DNA of 53,068 nt from a virus (taxonomy: Duplodnaviria; Caudoviricetes): positions 1-53,068 of IMG/VR virus record IMGVR_UViG_3300037762_000317; one strand, given 5' to 3'. A program made the position numbers and the translations under genes. The notes under the pieces were generated by a model, which saw only the letters and a list, made by a program, of their open reading frames with translations, ran no database searches and was not told the origin of the DNA. This document shows positions 17,156 through 24,533 of this stretch, in pieces. Positions within the stretch are counted from its first letter, which is position 1. Each line of letters opens with the position of its first letter.

Positions 17156-17167
17156 GGGACACACCGG

Positions 17168-17368
17168 ATGAAGACCGCCAAGCCGAGGGTTATCTGGGAC
17201 TGCGCGTCGTGTGGCATGCCGATCCCCGAGCACACGAAGTACCACCCGTATCTGTACTGCGTGCTCTACCGGCATTACAAGCGCGACCCAGCTGACGTAT
17301 TGCGTGAGCATGGATTTGAGCGGCGTCGGGCGGCGGCGGAGCGGACCGCCAAAAGGATAACCGGATGA
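17168..17368 (+). CDS. hypothetical protein ending in an integrase-like C-terminus (RAAAERTAKRITG)
   Basis: 66-aa ORF; last 13 aa nearly identical to the Int C-terminus. Confidence 0.65.
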   Translation: MKTAKPRVIWDCASCGMPIPEHTKYHPYLYCVLYRHYKRDPADVLREHGFERRRAAAERTAKRITG

Positions 17369-17595
17369 ACGAACATATGACGGATGAATGCCAGATCGTC
17401 TGGATGAACCGCGATGGCCAGTACGAGCGGGTGCTGGGCGACCTGGACGTCGAAGACTGGCGGCTACTGCTGCGTCTCATGCGCGAGCACTATCCCCAAC
17501 AGTTCGCCGGCGCGACCCTGCAGACTCGGGCCGATGACAAGTCACCCTGGTACGACGTCGCAATGGGGGGGAACGAAGGACCGAAGTCCACATGA
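17365..17595 (+). CDS. hypothetical protein (cassette ORF)
   Basis: start supplied by the repeat (AAAAGGA-N6-ATG). Confidence 0.65.
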   Translation: MNEHMTDECQIVWMNRDGQYERVLGDLDVEDWRLLLRLMREHYPQQFAGATLQTRADDKSPWYDVAMGGNEGPKST

Positions 17596-17638
17596 GGCGT
17601 CGGGCGGCGGTGGAGCGGACCGCCAAAAGGACCACCGG

Positions 17639-17944
17639 ATGAACGACACCGCCATCTGTCATGTGTGCGGCATGACGACCGTCATATACCGAGGTGTCGA
17701 CGGGCCAGTCCGTTGCGAGAAGCACTTCGACATCCCCGAAGACCGAAGCACGTTCAGGCCAGGTGTGCCGGTGGTCATCCGCGACGCCAGTGGTGATCAG
17801 CATCGTCGCATTGCGGCCAGCGGCGTAGTGCCCGCGTGCTGGTCTTACATCCGGAAGGTCTGGATCGAGAGCGTCGCCGATGCGGACCCGATTCCATGGC
17901 CAGCTGAGGACGTTCGTCTAGACGCTGAGCGGAGCGCTCGATGA
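17639..17944 (+). CDS. hypothetical protein (cassette ORF)
   Basis: MNDTAICHVCG..., start supplied by the repeat. Confidence 0.65.
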   Translation: MNDTAICHVCGMTTVIYRGVDGPVRCEKHFDIPEDRSTFRPGVPVVIRDASGDQHRRIAASGVVPACWSYIRKVWIESVADADPIPWPAEDVRLDAERSAR

Positions 17945-18210
17945 GCGCTGACTCGCGGGATGGGAATCAAACGGGTGAGGCGTCGGGCGGCGGCGGAGCG
18001 GACCTCCGTGAACTTCTGTCGCGCTACACCGATGCCCCACCGGAACACCGCGAGATCCGCGCCGGGCTCTTCGCCTCGCAGGTGATCAAGGACATTGGCG
18101 TGCCCTTCATTAAGGATCCGGTGCTCCCCGGCAACGCCATCGCGGTACTCAACGGCCACGGCGAAACCGTTTTCTCCGTCCTCCTCGGGGAACTCGATGA
18201 TCAGCGCTAG
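17941..18210 (+). CDS. hypothetical protein (cassette ORF)
   Basis: ATGA coupling; contains a partial repeat near its 5' end. Confidence 0.55.
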   Translation: MSADSRDGNQTGEASGGGGADLRELLSRYTDAPPEHREIRAGLFASQVIKDIGVPFIKDPVLPGNAIAVLNGHGETVFSVLLGELDDQR

Positions 18211-18293
18211 CACGGGCTCACCTACGCAACCGCGCGATTAACTCCAGCGTATGTCTACAGGCCGGCGGAGCGGACCGCCAAAAGGAACACCAC

Positions 18294-18638
18294 ATGAACG
18301 ACCACATGAACGACGCCAACGACGCCGCGCAGCGGATCCTCGACGGCCTCAACAACCACCGCACCGTCACCGCCGACATGGATCTCGACTACCCGGACGC
18401 CGGATGGGGCGAGCACGTGTCAGCCGACGACGTGCGGCTCGTCGTCGCGGCGCTGCAGACCTATCGGGAGGCGGAGCGGACCGCCAGAAGGACCCCGCCG
18501 GTCCCATGGTGGGTGTGCCCCAACGCCCTGTGTGAACACGGCGCCGTTCTGCATGACGTCTACGACATGGAGGACAGGACGCCGCGCTGCTGCGTCGATG
18601 ATTGTCCGTGCGGGTCCACCCTCACCCCGGAACCATGA
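18294..18638 (+). CDS. hypothetical protein, probable fusion across a degenerate repeat
   Basis: start supplied by the repeat; internal AERTARRT followed by a Cys-rich half. Confidence 0.6.
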   Translation: MNDHMNDANDAAQRILDGLNNHRTVTADMDLDYPDAGWGEHVSADDVRLVVAALQTYREAERTARRTPPVPWWVCPNALCEHGAVLHDVYDMEDRTPRCCVDDCPCGSTLTPEP

Positions 18639-18847
18639 ACACGACCGGCTTGCGTGATGATGAGGCGCTGATGTACGCGCGTCGCGGTAGGACCGCTCAT
18701 GTCGCGACCATCGGCGAGATCGGCGTTGGGATTCTGTGTAACGAACTCGGCGAGATTGTGTTCGGCACCGCTACTCAGGCCGAGCGCGAACACGCCGTAC
18801 GGATGCCTCTATGCAAGCGCTGCGCGCATATCGTCGCCACCAGGTGA
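18635..18847 (+). CDS. hypothetical protein (cassette ORF)
   Basis: MNTTGLRDDEALMY...PLCKRC; ATGA coupling. Confidence 0.6.
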   Translation: MNTTGLRDDEALMYARRGRTAHVATIGEIGVGILCNELGEIVFGTATQAEREHAVRMPLCKRCAHIVATR

Positions 18848-18925
18848 ACGACGTCGACGAAGCCGCCACCCGGGACACATGAGGCGTCGGGCGGCGGCGG
18901 AACGGACCGCCAAAAGGACCACCAC

Positions 18926-19114
18926 ATGAACGACCCCAGCCAGACACCTCGACCGCGATTCCTCGACAGCGACCTCGCCGCCGTCTGCCAGCGCATAGTC
19001 GACGCTGCCCAACGCATGACCTACGAACACGGCTACATCCCAGACGACTTAGAGGACGCGCTAGACGCCGCAGCCGAACTCGGCATCACACCTACCCGAG
19101 GACGACGGCGATGA
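18926..19114 (+). CDS. hypothetical protein (cassette ORF)
   Basis: start supplied by the repeat. Confidence 0.6.
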   Translation: MNDPSQTPRPRFLDSDLAAVCQRIVDAAQRMTYEHGYIPDDLEDALDAAAELGITPTRGRRR

Positions 19115-19186
19115 GTGACCCCGAGGCGCAGGACCGATTGACCGAACGCGGCCTCGCGCCGAGCGGATCGCGAAAAGGATCACCGG

Positions 19187-19393
19187 ATGAACAGAGGTCA
19201 CTGGTACTACGTCAAGTGGCAAGTCGAACTCAACGGCAGCGATATGACGCTGTATGGCTACATCCGCGCTGCGTCGACAACGGACGCGTGTCAGAAGTTC
19301 AAGGGTGAGCTGGAGCCGCGACTTCGACACATGCATCCATCCTTTAGTGAGGTGAAGGCATGGCGCCATCCTCGCTGGTTGCCCCGGTGGTGA
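19187..19393 (+). CDS. hypothetical protein (cassette ORF)
   Basis: start supplied by the last repeat copy. Confidence 0.6.
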   Translation: MNRGHWYYVKWQVELNGSDMTLYGYIRAASTTDACQKFKGELEPRLRHMHPSFSEVKAWRHPRWLPRW

Positions 19394-19488
19394 CTAGCAC
19401 AATGGTGGACGGTCACCTGCCCGCGAGCCTGAAAGAGGCTCAGTGCCGCCTAGGCAGGCAGGGGCCGTCCACCCGTTTGGCTCGCGGT

Positions 19489-19787
19489 TGGGAGTCAGAT
19501 GGGAGTCACGGCGCCCTACCAGCCCCGACCTACATATCTCCAACATATGTTGGCAGGCCGCTGACCTGCGGTTTTACCGGGTGTCGGCGCCGGGATTTGA
19601 ACCCGGAAGTCCCGAGGGACACATGGCCCTCAACCATCCGCCCCCCGTACGGTGGGGTTGCGTGGGGTTGCGTGGACACGCACAAAACCGCGCTGTTCCG
19701 GGGTTGTGGGGGGTTGCGCGCCGCTGCAGTGCCGTGGAGTCCGGTGGGCTCGCACGCCGTTGGGAGTCAAACGGGAGTCACGGGAGT
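19489..19787. other. attP: attP: core 19581-19637 matches the 3' half of a tRNA-Leu(GAG) on the minus strand; arm-type repeats YGGGAGTCA on both sides
   Basis: reverse complement ATGG-TTGAGGG-CCAT anticodon arm, long variable arm, CCGGGTTCAAATCCCGG T-arm; no D-arm or 5' half; arm repeats at 19489, 19500, 19761, 19772 and partial at 19781. Confidence 0.88.
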
Positions 19788-19801
19788 ACCGAGGAGCAGA
19801 A

Positions 19802-20155
19802 GTGAAGCGACAGTCGATCGAGCCAACCTATGACCACCAAGAGACCGGTGACCGCTATCACGTGACGTCGACCATCGACGGCCGGTCGGTGGCGTGGCGC
19901 CACCCGATCACGGACCCGTTCGTGCGACACACAGTGTGGATCGGGTGGCGCGACCTGCTGCGCGGCCTGCTCAAGCGGCGGCTTGACGTGACGGTGCTCA
20001 TCGGCGGCGACCGCGACGTCGTCGAGGACGTCATGGAGCTGAACGGCGACTACCTCGGGCCGAACTGCACCCGCCGCGACGAGTTCCACGTCAGCTTGAA
20101 CGCTTCGTTGGAGACGTTCAGCGCAGCCATCGCGGAAGAAGTAGATGAGTCGTGA
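19802..20155 (+). CDS. hypothetical protein
   Basis: GTG with RBS GAGGAG; 117 aa. Confidence 0.65.
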   Translation: MKRQSIEPTYDHQETGDRYHVTSTIDGRSVAWRHPITDPFVRHTVWIGWRDLLRGLLKRRLDVTVLIGGDRDVVEDVMELNGDYLGPNCTRRDEFHVSLNASLETFSAAIAEEVDES

Positions 20156-20280
20156 GTGTTGTGCGTGCCGTCGTCGACTGGCCCGCTGACGCGGAATGGG
20201 ACGGCGACGGACAGCCGCTGCCGGTGTGACGCGTGTCGGGCAGCGAACGCCGCCCATCAGTCTGTCGTACGCTGTCCGAC

Positions 20281-20562
20281 ATGAGTGAACAAGACGAGCC
20301 CGCCATCGAGTTCGATGTAGCCAAGCCCAAGTCGGAGGTCGTGTCCTTCCGAGTCCCCAGTGACATGCTGGACCGGTTCGAGGCCGAGGCCGAACGGCGC
20401 GGCATGAACATCAGCGAATACGTCCGCTGGGCCGCGATGAAGCACCTCGGCGAGGCGCTGGTCACGATGACTGTCACCACCGCATCGCCGATCACTGATC
20501 TCAACACGGAAGACATGATCGTCCGCGCGGTGCGCCGGGCGATGCACGGCATCCAGCCATGA
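20281..20562 (+). CDS. ribbon-helix-helix DNA-binding protein
   Basis: SEVVSFRVPSDMLDRFEAEAERRGMNISEYVRWAA. Confidence 0.8.
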   Translation: MSEQDEPAIEFDVAKPKSEVVSFRVPSDMLDRFEAEAERRGMNISEYVRWAAMKHLGEALVTMTVTTASPITDLNTEDMIVRAVRRAMHGIQP

Positions 20563-20629
20563 ACCCCGGACTAGAAGGCTGATTGGACGAGGTTCCAGCC
20601 TTGCTCCGCGACCGCCTGCAGATACGGGT

Positions 20630-20971
20630 TCAACGACTGGCGGATCTCCCACGCGCGCGCTCGTCAGTGAGGCGGTCGACGACCCGCCATCGGCACATAG
20701 CCGGGGTATGCCACTTGCCAACGGCGTGAACCGACGGGGACGTGATAGCGGTCCCCGCGTCGTCGTCGATGTCAATGTGCCATACAGGCTTGCCGGCGAG
20801 ATGGTCGCAACCGTGAGCGAGGTCGAGCATGACGGGCAGCGACGTGCGGTGCCCGTCCTTCGGGTCGATGAACGTCAGCCAGCCGATGTCGTGAGAGCCC
20901 GGCGAGCGGTCGGCAGGCGGTGTCAGCAGCGCGTCCATCGGCTGCGGGAACGGCACCTCCACATCGGTCAT
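20630..20971 (-). CDS. hypothetical protein (weakly DUF6527-like)
   Basis: ...VWHIDID...TAITSPSVHAVGKWH; family call from memory of the motif only. Confidence 0.5.
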   Translation of the reverse strand: MTDVEVPFPQPMDALLTPPADRSPGSHDIGWLTFIDPKDGHRTSLPVMLDLAHGCDHLAGKPVWHIDIDDDAGTAITSPSVHAVGKWHTPAMCRWRVVDRLTDERARGRSASR

Positions 20972-20995
20972 GGCCGGGTAGCGTACCCGCGTGTC

Positions 20996-21211
20996 ATGGC
21001 AGATCACGGCACCGCAGCGAGGTACATCCACGGCCGCTGCCGGTGTGACGCGTGTCGGGCGGCGAACGCCGCGCACAGTAGCAGGGGGCGGTTCCGCCGG
21101 TACATCCGCCAACCATTGCCCGACATGGTTGTGCATGGGTCGAATTCGACGTATGTGAACTGGGGGTGCCGCTGCCCGGAGTGCGGCGACGCCCACCGCC
21201 AAGCCCGCTAG
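20996..21211 (+). CDS. protein with two HG-x-Y-xx-CRCxxC repeats (paralog of 8654-9019)
   Basis: HGTAARYIHGRCRCDAC / HGSNSTYVNWGCRCPEC. Confidence 0.7.
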   Translation: MADHGTAARYIHGRCRCDACRAANAAHSSRGRFRRYIRQPLPDMVVHGSNSTYVNWGCRCPECGDAHRQAR

Positions 21212-21221
21212 GCTCCCAGCC

Positions 21222-21542
21222 ATGACCACCGGCACCGCGAACCTCGGAAAGACCATCACCTGCCCGTGCGGGCGCATGACCGCAGCCAACGTGCAGTACA
21301 TCGTCTGCGACCAATGCCCCCAAGGCGTGCGAGCCGACGCCGAGATGGCCCAGTTCTACGCCAACCCGGAGAACCTCAACACGCTCGGGCCGGGCATCCC
21401 AATCAAGCCGCGCCGGCTGGATCACATGATGTCGATCCGGTTTGACCCGGACCTCATCATCGCCGCGCAGGACGCCGCCAACGCCGCAGACGTCACGCTG
21501 AGCAACTTCATTCGCTCGGCGGTGCGACGCGCCCTCGGTTAG
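21222..21542 (+). CDS. ribbon-helix-helix protein with N-terminal Cys motif
   Basis: MMSIRFDPDLIIAAQDAANAADVTLSNFIRSAVRRAL. Confidence 0.7.
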   Translation: MTTGTANLGKTITCPCGRMTAANVQYIVCDQCPQGVRADAEMAQFYANPENLNTLGPGIPIKPRRLDHMMSIRFDPDLIIAAQDAANAADVTLSNFIRSAVRRALG

Positions 21543-21556
21543 CCGGCGCGCCGAGG

Positions 21557-21976
21557 TCAGGGCAGCGCGCCGGGGTCGGGTGGCGGCCGCGCCTCCAACC
21601 GCGTCCGCTTGCGGAACTCACCCAGCGACAGTATCCCTTCGCACGTCTGCGGCAGCTCGCCCAACAGGCGTTCCTCGACGCCTGTTTGGAACGCGTCGAT
21701 GCGGCGTTGCTGCACATCGGTGGTGTCGCCGTTGGCGGTGGACGCGGCGATCAGCACGTCGGTGAACACGAGTTGGTTGGCGCGGCCGGTGACGGTGCTG
21801 TTGCACACCTGCATCGCGCGGGCCGTCTGCTCCGCCTCTACGTCCTCGACGAGCTGTTGCATCAACCAGAACCCGAACGCCAGAGCCGCGACGAGCACGA
21901 TCTGCGCGAACGCGACGTTACGGATCCAGCGGCGCAGCGTCCGCGCGGGGATGATCTCGCCCTCACTGTCGGCCAT
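21557..21976 (-). CDS. membrane protein (lysis cassette)
   Basis: one TM helix followed by a helical extracellular region with two Cys. Confidence 0.65.
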   Translation of the reverse strand: MADSEGEIIPARTLRRWIRNVAFAQIVLVAALAFGFWLMQQLVEDVEAEQTARAMQVCNSTVTGRANQLVFTDVLIAASTANGDTTDVQQRRIDAFQTGVEERLLGELPQTCEGILSLGEFRKRTRLEARPPPDPGALP

Positions 21977-22063
21977 CTACAGGCCCAGCAGTTTCATGGC
22001 CAGCAGTATCGTCACGATCACCGCGATGTAGGCCACAGTGAGCCCGTACCTATGGCGGATCAT
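21977..22063 (-). CDS. 28-aa single-TM peptide (not in the ORF track)
   Basis: MIRHRYGLTVAYIAVIVTILLAMKLLGL exactly fills the gap between two membrane genes. Confidence 0.5.
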   Translation of the reverse strand: MIRHRYGLTVAYIAVIVTILLAMKLLGL

Positions 22064-22250
22064 CGTCTTGGCGGCGCGGTCGAAGGAGCTCATCGGCGCG
22101 GAGGAACGCGGGTAGTCCGAGCATGCCGCCGCACAGCACCACGAGATAGGGGTTGGGTGGGACGCCGTTGACGGTCCACGAGTACAGCATCGCGAGGTAG
22201 CCGAGGATGCCGGTGGCGAACAGCACCGTGTCTCTGAGCTGTCTGTTCAC
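22050..22250 (-). CDS. two-TM membrane protein (lysis cassette)
   Basis: LRDTVLFATGILG...YLVVLCGGMLGLPAFL. Confidence 0.7.
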   Translation of the reverse strand: MNRQLRDTVLFATGILGYLAMLYSWTVNGVPPNPYLVVLCGGMLGLPAFLRADELLRPRRQDDDPP

Positions 22251-22308
22251 GCAAGCCGTCGTCTCCCCGTCGGTGCTGTCAAGGTGACACCGGCCAGTAT
22301 CGCCGCGG

Positions 22309-23163
22309 CTACATGGGTTCGGGCGTCGGCTCCGGCGTGTCGGGGAAGTGGGCTTGCAGGAACGCCAACACCTCGCCGACGGCCATGTGCGCGCCGTGGG
22401 CGTGCTGGACAGCCCGGAAAACTCCCGTGAGTAAGTTCACAACCTCGACGTCGTGGCCCTCCAAGTTGAGGTTCGCGAAGTCGCGGCGGTTCCCCTCCTT
22501 CGCGATCTGCTGTCGCGCCGCCTTCGCCTGCTCCGACGTCTCATGCGCGAACGACTCCATCACCCGGTTCTTCGTCTGCGTCGCCAGCACCTTGACAGCA
22601 GGACTGTCAGGGTCGGACAGGACGTCTTCGATGACGCCGCGGATCTCATCCAACGTGGGCATGTCGTCCTCCACTGGCGCCCGTGTCAGGGAGCCGTCGC
22701 TGATCATGGCCCGCAGCACGTCGCCGGGGCAGCCGGTCGCTATGAACGAGCTGTGCGGCCGAATAGACGCGGCGACGTCGTCGGCCATCAACCACGCCCG
22801 CAACGCCCGGAAGTTCGCGACCTGCCCGGGGTGCGGCTGCTCGCCGGGGCCGGTCATGAACGTGCACGAGTACCACGTCGTGTTACCGCCGGGCTGCGCC
22901 GCCTGCGCCTTGTCCTTCCCGCGGCCTTCGAGGACGTAGTGGGGGCACACGCCGAACGAATAGCCGATGTCGAGCCACCCGCGGGTGTTCATGTGAAACC
23001 GTCGGGTGTCCTGCCAGTGGTCGATGCACCGGTCGTGTGAGAAGTTGGCGATGCCGGTGTCGGAGCCTTCGTAGTGGACGGCCATCCCCAGCGTGGGGTT
23101 CGCGGTTCCGGCGGCGGAGGCGGGCCAGCCGAACGCGGCGCGGCGTTGGAGTCGCAGCGCCAT
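22309..23163 (-). CDS. endolysin, N-acetylmuramoyl-L-alanine amidase (Amidase_2/PGRP-like)
   Basis: AVHY...HMNTRGWLDIGYSF...LEGRG...PHSSFIATGCPG. Confidence 0.9.
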   Translation of the reverse strand: MALRLQRRAAFGWPASAAGTANPTLGMAVHYEGSDTGIANFSHDRCIDHWQDTRRFHMNTRGWLDIGYSFGVCPHYVLEGRGKDKAQAAQPGGNTTWYSCTFMTGPGEQPHPGQVANFRALRAWLMADDVAASIRPHSSFIATGCPGDVLRAMISDGSLTRAPVEDDMPTLDEIRGVIEDVLSDPDSPAVKVLATQTKNRVMESFAHETSEQAKAARQQIAKEGNRRDFANLNLEGHDVEVVNLLTGVFRAVQHAHGAHMAVGEVLAFLQAHFPDTPEPTPEPM

Positions 23164-23342
23164 CAGTGGTCACTCCGGAACGCGGGGGGCCGTTCGTCGT
23201 CGGGCAGCGTCTCGATCCATTCGCGGGTGGCGCCTTCGACGTAGTCGTCGTCGGGGTCGAGTTCGCCTTCGCCGGGGATCTCGTCGTCTTCGGGGACGTC
23301 GACGGGGATTTCTTCGACGTCGCGGTCCAGATCAGCGTTCAT
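23163..23342 (-). CDS. small acidic protein
   Basis: TGATG coupling on both sides. Confidence 0.55.
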   Translation of the reverse strand: MNADLDRDVEEIPVDVPEDDEIPGEGELDPDDDYVEGATREWIETLPDDERPPAFRSDH

Positions 23343-23698
23343 CAGTCGGCGATGGCGATGCGGAGGATGTCCCACCCGAACAGCAACGCCAACGTCACAC
23401 ACACCGCGATGATCAGCAGCAGGATCTCGCTGGTGGCCAGCCCGGCGTCGCTGGGGTAGCGGACCTTCTCGGGCGGCGCCGCGCGGGTCTCCGACGCGGG
23501 CGTTTCGGCGGGATCCGCTCGCGTCTCGGTTTTGGCCATGCCACGGGAGATGCTGTACCCGGCGGCGGCCAGCGCGGCGGCGAGGATGCCGATGCCCTCT
23601 TGCGCGTTGATCTTGCCGAGCCCGATGAGCGCGAAGATCCCGAGGAGCGCGAGGACGCTGAGCCAGAACTCGGTCGAGTGGATGCCGTTGGACCTCAT
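23342..23698 (-). CDS. holin
   Basis: STEFWL...two TMs...GYSISRGMAK motif plus a C-terminal TM; next to the endolysin. Confidence 0.75.
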   Translation of the reverse strand: MRSNGIHSTEFWLSVLALLGIFALIGLGKINAQEGIGILAAALAAAGYSISRGMAKTETRADPAETPASETRAAPPEKVRYPSDAGLATSEILLLIIAVCVTLALLFGWDILRIAIAD

Positions 23699-23916
23699 CG
23701 CCGGGTCTCCGTCCTCGTGTTGCGTGCGGGTGTTGCGCGTCAAGTATCGCCGCTGGCGGGCGTAGGACGCGGGAACACGCGCGACAGGAAGAGAAACACC
23801 CCCCACCAGCGACGGCGCTGTGTGGGGGGCGTCGGGCCGGAGTTATAGGCTCCGGCGGGGCCGCGGACGGCCGAGTTGTGGCAGGGCGCTACATCCTTCG
23901 CAGCAGTCAGCCTACC

Positions 23917-24102
23917 TCAGTCGCACTGCGGGAGCTCGCTCACCTGTCCCGGAGGGTGACACTGGTTGGGGACCTCGTTGGGGCCGTTGTTTCCGTTGCC
24001 GTCGGAGCCGCCCGAGCCGAACGATGGGTCTGCGGCGGCGGGGCCGGCCATGAGCGCGAGGGTGGCGACGACAGCGGCGAGCAGGGTGATCAGCTTGCGC
24101 AT
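23917..24102 (-). CDS. small secreted protein
   Basis: Sec signal MRKLITLLAAVVATLALMAGPAAA then a 37-aa Gly/Asn-rich peptide with 2 Cys; RBS AAAGGA. Confidence 0.7.
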   Translation of the reverse strand: MRKLITLLAAVVATLALMAGPAAADPSFGSGGSDGNGNNGPNEVPNQCHPPGQVSELPQCD

Positions 24103-24212
24103 TGGTGAATCCTTTTCAGTGGGTGTGCTTGGAGTATCGCCGGTCGCGGCCGGTTCGACGCGTAGCTGCCGCCGCCCGGCATCTAGCATCAACAGGCGCT
24201 AAGCGGCTGGCT

Positions 24213-24533
24213 GTGCCAATCGAACGGGTCACCCATCCCCTGCTCATCGTCCTGAGCGAGCTGCTTGAACAGCCCGACGTCGAGCATCACGGCTACGCCG
24301 TCGCGAAACGCACCCATCTGACGGGCGGCAGGGTGCAGCAGCTCCTCACCCGGTTTGAAGCCGAGGGCTGGTTGACGTCGCGGCGGGAGAACATCGATCC
24401 CCATGTGGAGGGGCGGCGTCCGCGTCGGCTCTACCGGTTCACGGAGGACGGGTTGCGGGCGGCGGGCGAGTTGTTCGCGGAGCACGCGCACCGCATCTAC
24501 GACCGCCGGTCCATCAGCGATAGTCGACGCTGA
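24213..24533 (+). CDS. PadR-family winged-helix regulator
   Basis: HGYAVAKRTHLTGGRVQQLLTRFEAEGWLTSRRE...RRLYRFTEDG. Confidence 0.8.
   Translation: MPIERVTHPLLIVLSELLEQPDVEHHGYAVAKRTHLTGGRVQQLLTRFEAEGWLTSRRENIDPHVEGRRPRRLYRFTEDGLRAAGELFAEHAHRIYDRRSISDSRR

Larger units (their letters stand above)
16913..19192 (+). repeat. eight dispersed copies of the integrase 3' end (about 30-50 bp, includes RBS and ATG)
   Basis: consensus GGCGTCGGGCGGCGGCGGAGCGGACCGCCAAAAGGAyCACC(GG/AC)ATGAAC at about 16913, 17322, 17592, 17976 (partial), 18263, 18470 (partial), 18879, 19158. Confidence 0.9.
20214..21072 (+). repeat. 40-bp direct repeat pair (20214-20253 and 21033-21072, 1 mismatch)
   Basis: GCCGCTGCCGGTGTGACGCGTGTCGGGC(A/G)GCGAACGCCGC. 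Confidence 0.9.

Noticed and set aside
18281-18289. Self-target of guide unit 2 (AAAGGAACA equals revcomp of spacer B)
   Set aside because: The adjacent 9 bp on either side do not match spacer A, and a single 9-mer is expected by chance. No full 18-bp self-target was noticed, but the search was not exhaustive.
16913-19192. Classical integron attC sites or CRISPR repeats
   Set aside because: No RYYYAAC...GTTRRRY boxes, the integrase is a phage type with an arm-binding domain, and intervals are irregular coding segments of about 200-410 bp.
19581-19637. Functional tRNA-Leu gene
   Set aside because: Only anticodon arm to acceptor 3' strand is present; no D-arm or 5' acceptor strand, so it is the attP core.
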